Below are positions 13,244 through 26,588 of a stretch of DNA of 64,000 nucleotides, one piece after another. Source of the DNA: Octopus sinensis (lineage: Eukaryota); assembly GCF_006345805.1 (NCBI RefSeq), contig NC_042997.1, forward strand, positions 32,364,001 through 32,428,000, read 5' to 3'. The position numbers and the translations under genes were made by a program. The first letter of the stretch is position 1; every line of letters begins with the position of its first letter. The notes beneath the pieces were generated by a model that was given only the letters and a program-made list of their open reading frames with translations, had not been told where the DNA came from and did not search any database.

Positions 13244-13612
13244 TCTTTATATATAAAAGATTCCTAACTACTCCCACATTTTGCGGTGCAGTGTAACCAA
13301 AAGCGGGTATCTTATAGTCGTGATTCATATCGAGCACTTCTGGGTATTAGCGCGCGTCTACGATGAGTCTACGATTTAAAAAAAAATTTACCATCATTTT
13401 TTTCCATTTTAATGCATTTTTTCCACTATTAAAAAAAGGGAAGTAACTCTCTAAAAATGTCTACGATGAGTCAACGATTTTAAAAAAAAATTTACCATCA
13501 TTTTTTCCCATTTTTAATGCATTTTTTTGCTATTTTTTGGCTATAACTCTCTGAAAATGCTTATATAGTCATTTCCCTTACAAACCCGAGCAACGCCGGG
13601 TGATACTGCTAG
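13244..13612 (+). mobile_element. Non-autonomous Helitron
   Basis: A|TC 5' end (a|tctttatatataaaag), subterminal hairpin CCCGagcaacgcCGGG, 3' CTAG|T, no TSD; internal ~100-bp duplication. Confidence 0.85.
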
Positions 13613-15494
13613 TCTAAGTTAAAACCTTCCATCAAAATTCTTTATTAATCTATGTTCCAAACACCAGCTAAAAAATTTTTTTTATTAAATTTGTTATAAT
13701 TTTAAGAATTAATTGAAACAAAGGCAGTGTATTTCGGCTGAAATATGGTGCTACAGAGTTAAACTGGACACTGGTTAAAGTCTGCCACCCAACTTCATGC
13801 CTTAAAGCAAATTAATTTACACAACCATGATTTTGTATTAAAATGCTTAAAGTTTAAAAGAAAAGTGGAATTTTATGTTCATTGCCAGAGGACATCTAAA
13901 GAGAGTTTGTTACAGCACTGGGAATTTCACTAATGTGTAGTAGAGAATTCTATCTGCTTGTCTGTCTATCTGACTCTCTCTCTCACACACACACACACTT
14001 CTTTCCATTACATTTTGAACACTTTTATTCCCAGTTCTCCCTTCCACAGTTTTACTACAGTCATTCTGTTTCCCTTTCCCATACTTTAGCTTTTTTTTTT
14101 CTCACTTACTTTAGTTTATCTATTGTAATTGCCCTGTCTTTTACACTCTCTCCTGCTGGTTTCATTGCCCAGAATGAACAAAGATAACTAAAGAGTAGTT
14201 GAGGTCCCTCTTATCATACACTGGCTACTTCAGCCCTCACTCTTGTCTTGTCAATGTCATAACTTTGATGCTAGATTCCCAGTACACTCCCTAAAGTGGT
14301 TGGGGATAGAAATGGCATCCTGTTATAAGACCATGCCAGAATAGAATTATATGACCAAGACATGGTTCCCCGTTCGATCTAGGATTCATCTCAGACTAGG
14401 ATGCATCCAACACATCTAGCATATAAAGTAGATGTAAAATGATATTGACAAGGAATTGCATGTGTGCTTGCATATAAATGCAAAGATATTCTGAATGGTT
14501 CGGTAACAAAGACAAACTAGCTAACTAATACAATGGTAAGTTTATCAATCGGTTCACTGTAAATAACAATATTTTTATCAGTAAACCAGGATGACTTGCA
14601 TAAACATTCATTTTGGTTGACTGTGAAAACAACAAAAAATATTAACATTGCAAAAGTAGCATATCAGTATTTATAGTTTTTTTCTTAAAATATTTGATTT
14701 TTGTAGTTTTGATACATTCTCAGTAACAGTTCAATTTAAATTTTAACTGATAACATTTAATTCAGTTTCCCTTGCATTTGCACTAAAGCTCTACGTATAT
14801 CTGCTTTTCCGTTTTCTCTCTTTCTCTCTTTTTTGTTTCTTTCTTAGATATTTGAGCTATGAATTCCCTTGTAACTCTTTTGCAGCTTTAATATGCTACA
14901 ATGGGTGTTTAAGTTGAGTTTTTATCACTGGTATAGAAATCACATTTTTAGGTGATGCAAGTTATCACTGTATGGTATTAGAGAAAAATAAATAAATTTA
15001 ATCTCTTACCTGAATATTTCTCTTTATGCCTTCTTTATTCCATTTATTATCTAACCTTTCTACTATAAAATGGAATAATAAGCTCTATCTGAAAATAGTC
15101 CACTAAGTCTCAATTCTGTGGATATACTTTCCTATTTTACAGTAACTGATATGTTTAGTCACTTGAAAAGAAGGCAACCAAAATTAATTTTAACATCTTT
15201 CTAAGCTTAAATTTTAACTTTAAACTTCTCAGATATATTAATCAGTGATTAATTTTGAAATGATTATTTATATATAGATGAAAGAAATTCATATTTGGGC
15301 AATAATTATGTTTTTATTGTCAAACTTCTCCTTCAAACCACACTTTAAAAAAAAGACACAATAGATAATGGGATCTTCAATATAGTTGGGTGAAAAAAAG
15401 AAAAAAAAAAGTAGACTGTAGTCCACTAGAAAGCTTTTGATCATAGATTTGCTTAATCAGGTATGTATTAATCAAGGCTAAATAATTGTGTAGT

Positions 15495-15499
<5 letters not shown>

Positions 15500-15547
<48 letters not shown>

Positions 15548-16081
15548 TTAATCCAAACAAGAAAGCACAAAAAAACACAACAACACGAGGACGTGGAACA
15601 AATATAGTATTATTGGACTCTCGGGAAAGAAGGAAAGAAGGGTTTAATGTTTCAAGCGGAGCTCTTCGTCGGAAACATAGGAGAAGGAAAGATCCAGAGA
15701 AGGGAAGACAGAGGAAAAAAAAAATCGCCAACGGTACACACGCTGTCACATTATATATACACATACATAATACATACATACATATGCATATATATATATA
15801 TATATTATATATATATATATATAAGAGAGAGAGAGAGAGAGAGAGTTAATCCAAACAAGAAAGCACAAAAAAACACAACAACACGAGGACGTGGAACAAA
15901 TATAGTATTATTGGACTCTCGGGAAAGAAGGAAAGAAGGGTTTAATGTTTCAAGCGGAGCTCTTCGTCGGAAACATAGGAGAAGGAAAGATCCAGAGAAG
16001 GGAAGACAGAGGAAAAAAAAATCGCCAACGGTACACACGCTGTCACATTATATATACACATACATAATACATACATACATA

Positions 16082-16110
<29 letters not shown>
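15500..16110 (-). repeat. Tandem duplication (period ~298 bp) of the Penelope-like/hammerhead fragment plus (TA)n(GA)n
   Basis: gttaatccaaac at 15547 and 15845; hammerhead-like motifs at 15642-15676 and 15940-15974. Confidence 0.9.
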
Positions 16111-16139
<29 letters not shown>

Positions 16140-16431
16140 TACATACATACAGTGAGAGAGAGAGAGTGGTTAAGACTTTTCTGTCTTCACACTCTTCATT
16201 GAGAGCCAATAGAATTGTTAAATATTTTATGTGAGAAGTGAAAGACTGGGTATATGAACCCTTTAATGTGAAGAAAAGGCAGAACTTAACATGTTGATGC
16301 ATCTTTCAAATTTATTGTTCCACATAGATCTTAAAAATGTAACAAAGACTATTAAATATATCAGTTAAAAAATCTGAGCATTGCCTTATTTGTCAGTAAC
16401 ACTTTCATAGTGTGAGTGTGTGTGTGTGTGT

Positions 16432-17426
16432 GTGTACATACATATCACTTTGATCACTTTGACCGACCAGTCCGTCAGGCGTCCATTTGACACCGCTGGT
16501 CACAGCACGCTGTCCACTCCTCTCTGGATCGCGTTTTTCTCATCCACGTGATCCCAATCGTCCTCTTGAAATCGTCACTCCACCGTCGTGGAGGTCTTCC
16601 GGGTGGTCTTTTCAAAAAAAAAAAAAAAAGTGTACATACATATCACTTTGATCACTTTGACCGACCAGTCCGTCAGGCGTCCATTTGACACCGCTGGTCA
16701 CAGCACGCTGTCCACTCCTCTCTGGATCGCGTTTTTCTCATCCACGTGATCCCAATCGTCCTCTTGAAATCGTCACTCCACCGTCGTGGAGGTCTTCCGG
16801 GTGGTCTTTTCAAAAAAAAAAAAAAGTGTACATACATATCACTTTGATCACTTTGACCGACCAGTCCGTCAGGCGTCCATTTGACACCGCTGGTCACAGC
16901 ACGCTGTCCACTCCTCTCTGGATCGCGTTTTTCTCATCCACGTGATCCCAATCGTCCTCTTGAAATCGTCACTCCACCTTCGTGGAGGTCTTCCGGGTGG
17001 TCTTTTCAAAAAAAAAAAAAAGTGTACATACATATCACTTTGATCACTTTGACCGACCAGTCCGTCAGGCGTCCATTTGACACCGCTGGTCACAGCACAC
17101 TGTCCACTCCTCTCTGGATCGCGTTTTTCTCATCCACGTGATCCCAATCGTCCTCTTGAAATCGTCACTCCACCGTCGTGGAGGTCTTCCGGGTGGTCTT
17201 TTCAAAAAAAAAAAAAAGTGTACATACATATCACTTTGATCACTTTGACCGACCAGTCCGTCAGGCGTCCATTTGACACCGCTGGTCACAGCACGCTGTC
17301 CACTCCTCTCTGGATCGCGTTTTTCTCATCCACGTGATCCCAATCGTCCTCTTGAAATCGTCACTCCACCGTCGTGGAGGTCTTCCGGGTGGTCTTTTCA
17401 AAAAAAAAAAAAGTGTACATACATAT
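16432..17426 (-). repeat. Tandem array of five ~196-198-bp units, each an RTE LINE 3' end
   Basis: Units start (catatcac) at 16441, 16639, 16835, 17031 and 17227. Minus-strand translation KRPPGRPPRRWSDDFKRTIGITWMRKTRSREEWTACCDQRCQMDA*. Units are joined by an A-run and GTGTACATACATAT. Confidence 0.92.
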
Positions 17427-19382
17427 ACACACATATATATATAGGTATAGACGCACATACATGTTTTTCCTGCAAATGATCACCAACCTCTCTTAGATAT
17501 CATCTGCCCTGGGTGTGCCAGAGCTTTGTTGGTCTTTAGAACTATCCTTCTTAAACAAATAAAAATCACACACACACCACAGAGAACTTGTCTGTGTTTA
17601 CCAAGTATCGCTGATATCTAAATGTCCATATATTTTTTTTTTTACATCATATATATCTAGTAAACCTAAGAAACTACTTGTTCTGCATTTTAAATTCTAT
17701 GCAAGTTTCATATACTTCAAGTATGGTAGCTTGAGTTTATCTTCAATATGTAGCATATGAAATGTGTGTGTGGAGAGAGAAGGAGAGAGAACTAGTAATT
17801 CATCCCATCATAAATAGTTCACTATCTGCCTTTCTACACACACACACACACGTACACTGATCACACACTGGAATACACCAATCACTCCTTTGCCATGATA
17901 TATATATAGTTGAAAAATAACACAAATCTGGCTTCATTTGTATGTTAAAGATTATCGCAAATATCTGGATGAGATAGTTTATCTGTAGAATATGCTTCTT
18001 GTCTCACAGTAAAGTGATAAAACTCTATTTCTCTGTAATCTTTAAAACTTTTCACCTCAGCTTGTCACTTGTAATTCTTCACTTAAGATATAGTAAATTC
18101 CACCAAATCATCTGCTTTGCTTTCTGACAAAGTATTTTTCTGAAAATTATGACAAATTGAAGAAATAAATTCACAAGATATTTTGGAGAAAGATATGTTT
18201 TTATAACTTATTTCTTTTTTACTGTTGTTTTGTTTTAGCTACTAAATGCTAAAATATACCACCATAATGATAAAACTGCTATAGTTTATGGATTTCATAT
18301 CATTTGTGACTATATTATTTATTTGTTTGTAAATTCTCTGAAATTTGGGCAATGTGTCTATTTTTAGGGAACTGAATTTACAAAAAACAAAAAAAATACT
18401 TTTTAATAATTTTTTTCATTCTGTCTTGGTTCTAAAATTATGAGCTTAAAATTTGTATTGCAGTAAATCTCATAAATAACAGATTTGTTTCAAAAATATT
18501 TTTTTATGTCAAATTCATTCAGTCTTCTGTAGAAAGATATGAACTCAGCATTTTGTAGAGTACCACCAAAGCTTAAGGCATCATGAATTTCAAGCCAACA
18601 AAGGAGCTTCTATGTAAGTCACTCATCCTGTTAGAAATAGCAGCCAAATCTCCCTCAAATTAGAAAAGGACATAACAGATATTGTGGTTCTAGATTTTCT
18701 GCATATAAGGAATAAACAAGTTGGTCATGACTGGGCAGTGAGGACAGGAGTGGGGAGTGAGAGCTAAGCATGCATCACATGTATTAAATACTCTTGGGAA
18801 GGTATGAATGTCATGACTTCTAAATTTTACATTTTATATATCAGTATAGTAAATAGTTGAATATCAAATAAAATAGAAGTTTGAGCTTAATGCAGACAAA
18901 ATTACTGCTTAGCTCCATCTCATTTCAGTTTTCAAACCCTTGCAGAGTCTTGCATTTCTCCTGGAAAAGGAAAACCATATTCATGGCATGCCAGCAAAGA
19001 GAATTCAATTCAAATTTATGACTGAATTAATCAAGTTAATTTTTCCTCAACCAATCACTGATTAGTGTGGTACTTTTATCACCTGGTATGCCTAATGGCT
19101 GATCATAGTAGCTGATATGGCAATAGTTATACTGCCACCAACAGTACTACAGTGGCCATTCTAACTGCCAACAGCTCATCAGTGACACAGAGCTCAAACT
19201 GTAACACATGCTCTTTGCAGTTAACAGGTTTTGTAGTCAAACAGTCCAGCAACTTTAACCTGTAGTCAGCAATATATTAGTTTCCAGTTTATTTTCTTTG
19301 AAAGTGTATGTTAGAATCATAAAAAATCATGTATGCTGTACATTTTTATACACACACATTTACTCGAGAATCATTTACTCAT

Positions 19383-19765
19383 CTTTTACTCTTTTACTTG
19401 TTTCAGTCATTTGACTGCGGCCATGCTGGAGCACCGCCTTTAGTTGAGCAAACTCCGGAACTTATTCTTTGTAAGCCCAGTACTTATTCTATCGGTCTCT
19501 TTTGCCGAACCGCTAAGTGACGGGGATGTAAACACACCAGCATCGGTTGTCAGGCAATGCTAGGGGGACAAACACAGACACACACATATATATATATACA
19601 TATATACGACAGGCTTCTTTCAGTTTCCGTCTACCAAATCCACTCACAAGGCATTGGTTGGCCTGGGGCTATAGCAGAAGACACTTGCCCAAGATGCCAC
19701 GCAGTGGGACTGAACCCGGAACCATGTGGTTGGTTAGCAAGCTACTTACCACACAGCCACTCGCA
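19383..19765 (-). mobile_element. SINE family A
   Basis: Reverse complement of family A from cttttactcttttacttg to cacacagccactc. Confidence 0.85.
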
Positions 19766-21729
19766 TTTATTGTATAAACACATACATGAATGTATTTTTG
19801 TGCATTTCTGCATTCTCACTTGTACAACCAAACTCACAAATGTATATACACTTCAACAATGCTTTTTTTTTTCCCTTAAATGCTGCATTAATTTGTTTTC
19901 AGTAACATATCACCACATTTCATGTAACATTTATTGATGCTGCATTGAAACCCTTTATATACATAACAATAATTCTGTCTTGTCAATCAGATTTGCTGCC
20001 GTCTTGTAAGCAAATAGCAAATGTATTTTTCTCATTCTAACAAAATAGCAAAAAAAAAAAAAATCTTCATTATTCTATATTTTATCTGTTGCAATGTGTA
20101 TATATTTTATACACATCCTTAAGAGTTGATAAAATATAGGGTCAATTCAATTGACTGTTTATTATCCCACCCTTATAAAATTATATCAGTTTGATAAATC
20201 ATTATTGTTAGTGGTGACAGGTTCGGAATTGCTTTTGAATTTCATTAGAATCACATATTTTATGTCACATTTGGTGAACACCAGGGTTGTTATGGGTTCC
20301 CAACAAGCCATTAACTGGTTCACTGCATTTTTAACAGTAAGAGGAACTAGGGATTTTCTTGCTAATCAAGCAGAACAAATATATCACATAGTGGCTTTTT
20401 ATTTGAAAGTTGTGTTTTTTCTTTCACTTTTTTTTCATTCAAGGTGTTACATCCCTCACTGAAAAGTGCAGACACACACACATAGATTTGTGTGCACGCA
20501 TGTGTGTATTTATTTTAGAAGTTTTTTGCCATGATTAGTCTGTGAATGACCATCTCTCTAGAGAGGTTATGTGCCTGCAGTCATTTAAGCCTAAAAACTT
20601 ACCTATACAGCTAAATACTTTATAGGTTCCAAACCAATGGTTACTCTCTAACCATTGGTCATACAAACAATCTTCTCAATATGCTACTGCTCTAATGTTT
20701 TAGAGTGTTCTTCTTTTTGGGATATATGAATAACTGACACACACATACACACACACAGTGATGATAACACACATACACTCAATAATAAATAGGAAAATAA
20801 CAAGAATTACATAATGCTATTCATTAGCTTACAATCGTTTCAGCTATGAGAACCAAACAATCAGCAGCGAGTCCTGCTATGAGATCACACTGTCACAGAA
20901 ATGAGCTTGTGGATATCAATGATTAAAGTAGCAGGTTATTTACTCTGATATAGCAAAGCAGAATTAGCATCACTTGATAGTTTGGTTGATACAGTTACAT
21001 ATGCTTATTTATTTGCACATGCCTTGTTAATGCACAATTTCTATGTATAAAACATTGTTAAACATGAAGCTTGCTTGCATTGAAGACACTTGCCCAGGGC
21101 ACTATACATTCAGATTGAACCGGCAGCCATATGACTACAAATTAAAAGCTTCTTAACCTCACAGTCAAGCCTTTACATTGCTAATGCTTTTGATAAAGGA
21201 TATAAGGTTAGACTGCTTATATATATATATGTGTGTGTGTACATTATTAAAAAGTCACAAAAACTGTTACTCAGAGTTTCGTGTTCCCATTCGTTACAAA
21301 CAGGAACATGAAACTCTGAGTAACAATTTTTGCGAATTTTTACTGCTTTTTAATAAAGCATATTACTCTACCTCTAGTGTTCGAGTACTATTTTTACCAC
21401 CTTGTTTCACATTTATTTACCCTGCTATAGCATGTATATATACATGTACATATATATATGTACCTGTTTATGTGTGTGTATATATATGTACATGTATGTC
21501 TGTATATATATATATATATATGTACATGCATGTGTGTGTGTGTATAGTGTGTGTTATGTGAATTTATGGAAAGGAATTGCGTAAAACTCAACAAATTTGT
21601 TAAAAATGGAGATGTTGAAATGTAAGAGAATTCTTATTTGGAATCCTCCAAATTAAAGAATGAAATATAATTCAACCTTTTTACACACACACACACATAT
21701 ATATATGAACATGTATGTGTGTATATATA

Positions 21730-21839
21730 TATCATCATCATCATCATCATCGTTTAACGTCCGTTCTCCATGCTAGCATGGGGTGGACGGTGCTAGCATG
21801 GAGAACAGACGTTAAACGATGATGATGATGATGATGATG

Positions 21840-21842
<3 letters not shown>
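21730..21842. mobile_element. Family B retroelement 3' tails, short inverted pair (foldback)
   Basis: (CAT)n cgtttaacgtccgttctccatgctagca / 12-nt loop / tgctagcatggagaacagacgttaaac(GAT)n. Confidence 0.85.
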
Positions 21843-21874
<32 letters not shown>

Positions 21875-23852
21875 TACATGTTCATATATATATATGTGTG
21901 TGTGTGTGTGCACATGTATGTATGTGTATGTATATATATATGTGTGTGTATGTGTGTACATGTATGTATATGCCTATGTTTGTGTTTATATATGTATGCC
22001 TGCTTCGAAGAACAGGAAATAGTCTATTTAATCAGACTGAAATTATCAATATTTTTTAACTATTTGTGTCATTTTTGTTGTATTGTGCTGTCATTGCTAG
22101 AGTTGCCTTTTAGGAGGGATTTTATTTTATCTTTATTTTCATTTGGAAAATTGAGATAATTAGTCGAAGTTAATTGTTCGGTGTGAATTTCTTGTGATTA
22201 GTTAATTTATTAGAAGAAGGAAATATGAGAGTATGATGCAGTTCTAGACAGGGAAAAATGAATTTTGCGACTCACACACTTGTTGTGAGATGATTGATGC
22301 AAAGAGTACGAGAAATGGAAGGCATTACAATAGTAGTAGATGAGGCCTAGGGGATTGCTGTAATCTAATTATATATATATTTTTAAAACCTTTCATTCAT
22401 TAGGCTGAGGCCATGCTGGGGCACCATATTCAAGTGTTTTAGTCAGTTATATTGATTCCAGTACTTTTTCTGGCACTTATTTTATATCTGTCATAAGGGA
22501 CAAAAGCAAAGTGGACTCTTAGTTCAGTTGATCTTAATTACTGCTTGTTGTTTTGGGGCAGTGTATCAGTTTTTTATTCATTCCACATTGATATAAACAT
22601 GCATGTGTATACAACCACCTTTTTCTTTATGCATTCTTAGTATCATCTCACACCATCTTATTTTCCACTGAATGCCCCTTCCACGTCCCCTTTCCCATCT
22701 ACCCCCACTATAGCCCTGCTATCAGCTACCTCAATTCAACCCCCACTACTTTCACTTTTATGCCCTCTGACATTGTTCCTGGTACTGTACATCCTTCTCA
22801 TATTCTACCCTACACACTTCACATCTTTGCTGCCACCAGTTACCTCCCTGACCCACACCAACATATTCCACCTTCCACCCCAAATGATATTTCCGATTGA
22901 CCATGTCCCCTTTGTTTTTACCACTCACTGCAATCCCTTATCCATCTCTGTCCATTTTCCACCCTCCTTCACATTTTCAGGATCTTGCTTACCCACCCAT
23001 ATCACTTATATTCACCTTCCTAAAGCTTCAGGGTGCACCTTGACACATCTTCACTGCCGGCTTCTTTCTTTTCCAACTGGAGTAGCCATGTACCCCTCTA
23101 CAGCTTGACACCTGTTCTAGTTTTACTATCATACCTTTACTTCACACCACCTGGCATAAAACCTCCTTCCTTGACACTACATCCCACTCAATTGTTGAGT
23201 CTTGTTGACTAAATTACTTTGTGACTGTATTAGTGCCAGTGCCATATAAAAAGCACTCAGTACACTGTTAAGTGGTTGGCATTAGGAAAGGTATCCAGTT
23301 GTGGTCCCCTGATTCACCAGCTCCTAGCAAACTGTCCAACTCATGCCAGCATAGAAACAGGTGTTAAATGATGATGTTGATGATGATATATATATTGATT
23401 TATTTCTTGGATAGTTTTATTAGAAGCTACAGTATGTTTTGATATTGCAGTTTTGTCAAACGATTCATTTGACAAGCTCACAAGATCAAAGCATTCTGCA
23501 GTTTGTAATGAAACTATTCAATAAATATAGATTTATTCTCTGCATTTTAATGTCTCGAGTTCTTTATTTGATTGTGGTTACTAGTGATATCCCAAGCTCA
23601 TCATAGTTGTTATCTGATGAATGTTACTTACAAAGTATTAGACAACTCAAAACTACAGTCAGAAAACACCTGGCTAAAATGTCATGTAGTGGGATTGAAC
23701 CTAGAGCCACTTGGCTATGAAGCAAACTGCTTAACCGCACAGCAATACTCGAGAATATTACTGAAAATATTGTTAATTTTATTGGGACATGACACCAGAA
23801 AGCCACCTATTAAAAGACATAAAGTTGTGTTTTGCTGCTTTCTACCCCATAT

Positions 23853-24245
23853 AGGCGCAGGAGTGGTTGTGTGGTAAGTAGCTTGCTAACCAACCACATG
23901 GTTCCGGGTTCAGTCCCACTGCGTGGCATCTTGGGCAAGTGTCTTCTGCTATAGCCCTGGGCCGACCAATGCCTTGTGAGTGGATTTGGTAGACGGAAAC
24001 TGAAAGAAGCCTGTCATATATGTGTATGTATGTGCTTGTGTGTCTGTGTTTGACCCCCAACATCGCTTGACAACCGATGCTGGTGTGTTTACGTCCCCGT
24101 CACTTAGCGGTTCGGCAAAAGAGACCGATAGAATAAGTACTGGGCTTACAAAGAATAAGTCCCGAGGTCGATTTGCTTGACTAAAGGCGGTGCTCCAGCA
24201 TGGCCGCAGTCAAATGACTGAAACATGTAAAAGAGTAAAAGAGTA
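23853..24245 (+). mobile_element. SINE family A (full length)
   Basis: aggcgcaggagtgg ... gtaaaagagtaaaagagta. Confidence 0.88.
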
Positions 24246-24769
24246 TACTCTGTCATTGACTTAGGTTCAACTCCAAAACAATCTCCACAACAAGACTAAA
24301 TATGTTTACATGATTAAATTACATCATATACCAAATTGCATAAAGTATTACTTAGTTAATAACCGTTGGCATTTGTGAAACCTTCACCACTTTCTGTATG
24401 TAACAAGATATTTGCAAGACTCTATAATGAATTTTAAGAGCATGTGATAGGTCTAGTAGACCTCCAAAAAGCATAAGAAAACACGATTGTGAAAGTGTCT
24501 TCACAGCAGGACAAAGTATGTTTTTGCATTCATAATTCCTGAAGATTGTTAATTTTTATTCCACCTCTAATGAGACTAAATCTTCATTCAATCACTATTT
24601 ATCTTCTCCAGTCAGTATGTAGCTTCTTAGATGATCAGGTTTCTGATTTCCAGATTGCTTAAACATTCTAACTTAAGGATTGGTACATTATTTACTTCAG
24701 TACTGTGCCTCTGCAATTTACTTGCCAACTCTAAGTTCACATGTTTTAATTCTTAGTTGTGTTTAATAA

Positions 24770-25835
24770 TGATCCCAGTGTTCAACTGGTTCTTATTTTA
24801 TTGACCCCAAAAAGATGAAAGGTAAAGTCAACCTCAGCAGAATTTGAACTCAGAACGTAGCAACAGGCGAAATCCCACTAAGCATTTTGTCCAGCACGCT
24901 AACAATTCTGCCAGCTCACCACCTTAATAATTATAAGGATAACAATTATTATTATTATTATTATTATTATTGTCGTCGTCATTATTGTTATTATTGTTAT
25001 TATTGTTATTATTATTATCATCATCATTATTATTATATTATTATTATTATTATTATTGTCGTCGTCATTATTGTTATTATTGTTATTATTGTTATTATTA
25101 TTATCATCATCATTATTATTATTATTATCATCATCATCATCATTATTGTCGTCGTCGTCGTGAGCTGGTTGAATCATTAGCATGCTGGATAAAATGCTTA
25201 GCGATATTTCACTCATCATTGCATTCTGAGTTCAAATTCTGCTGAGGTTGGCTTTGCCTTTCATCATTTTTGGGGTAGACAAATTAAGTACCAGTTGTGT
25301 ACCGGAGTAGATCTAATTGACTAGCCCCTCCTCCCAAATTTCAGGCTTTGTGTCAATAGTAGAAAGGATTATCATTATTATTGTTATTATTATTATTATT
25401 TAAGGCAGTGAGCTGACAGAATTGTTCGCACACCAGGCAACATGCTTGGTATTTCATTCGTCTTTACATTCTGAGTTCAAATTCTGCTAATGTCAACTTT
25501 ACCTTTCATCCTTTTGGGGTCAATGAAATAAGTACCAGTTGAGCACTGAGGTCGATGTAATCAACTAACCCCCTCCCCCAAAATTTCAGGCCTTGTGCCT
25601 AAAGTAGAAAGGATTATTATTATTAAGGCAGCAAACTAGCAGTCATTAGTACTCTGGGTAATATTCTTAGTGACATTTCGTCTGTTTTCATCTGCCATGG
25701 TCAACTTTGCCTTTCATTCTTTTGGGGTCAGTAAAATAAGTAGCAGTTATGCACTGGGGTCAATGTAATTGACTTAACCCTCATCCAAAATTGTCAACCT
25801 TGTGCCAAAAATTTGAAACCATTATTATTATTACT
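24770..25835. mobile_element. Cluster of four family C SINEs (one -, three + head-to-tail) in (ATT)n tracts
   Basis: Shared gtgagctggcagaatcgttagc...gagttcaaattc...gcctttcatcc...aataagtaccagtt...ttgtgcc...attatt at ~24770-24925(-), 25160-25385, 25402-25622 and 25626-25830(+). Confidence 0.8.
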
Positions 25836-26093
25836 ACTACTAATATTATTTATAATTTTGAATGAGATATTTAAGGTTTGTGTATTTTTTTATATTATAA
25901 CATTTTTAGTTACCAACCCTTTCCTTCTACTTTTCTACTTAGTTGCATGTGCTTTGTAATTATATCACAGTGTTGATGCTAATTGGTTTGGTAGTGTTCA
26001 GGTCACATGGCTATTATTATTCACAAAGCACATTTGAAAATAAATAGCATTTCATCCCGATGACAAAACTTTTAGTTTTTTTTATGAAAAACA

Positions 26094-26157
<64 letters not shown>

Positions 26158-26174
26158 ATAATATATATATATAT

Positions 26175-26549
26175 AGGCGCAGGAGTGGCTGTGTGGTAAG
26201 TAGCTTGCTAACCAACCACATGGTTCCGGGTTCAGTCCCACTGCATGGCATCTTGGGCAAGCAAGTGTCTTCTGCTATAGCCCTGGGCTGACCAATGCCT
26301 TGTGAGTGGATTTGGTAGACAGAAACTGAAAGAAGCCTGTCGTATATATGTATATATATGTGTGTGTATGTGTGTGAATGTGTTTGTTTGTCTGTGTTTA
26401 CCTCCCTGTCACTTAGCGGTTCGGCAAAAGAGACCGATAGAATAAGTACTGGGCTTACAAAGAATAAGTCCCGGGGTCGATTTGCTCGACTAAAGGTGGT
26501 GCACCAGCATGGCCGCAGTCAAATGACTGAAACAAGTAAAAGAGAAAGA

Positions 26550-26550
<1 letters not shown>
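26175..26550 (+). mobile_element. SINE family A with internal deletion
   Basis: Matches family A but lacks the gtcccc...gatgctggtgtgtttac segment at ~26400. Flanked by (TA)n on both sides. Confidence 0.85.

Positions 26551-26588
<38 letters not shown>

Noticed and set aside
16432-17426. CRISPR-like or tandem gene array
   Set aside because: No unique spacers; whole units are identical RTE 3' ends in eukaryotic DNA.
24887-25245. Poly-N/D/I/Y ORFs
   Set aside because: Translations of trinucleotide microsatellite.
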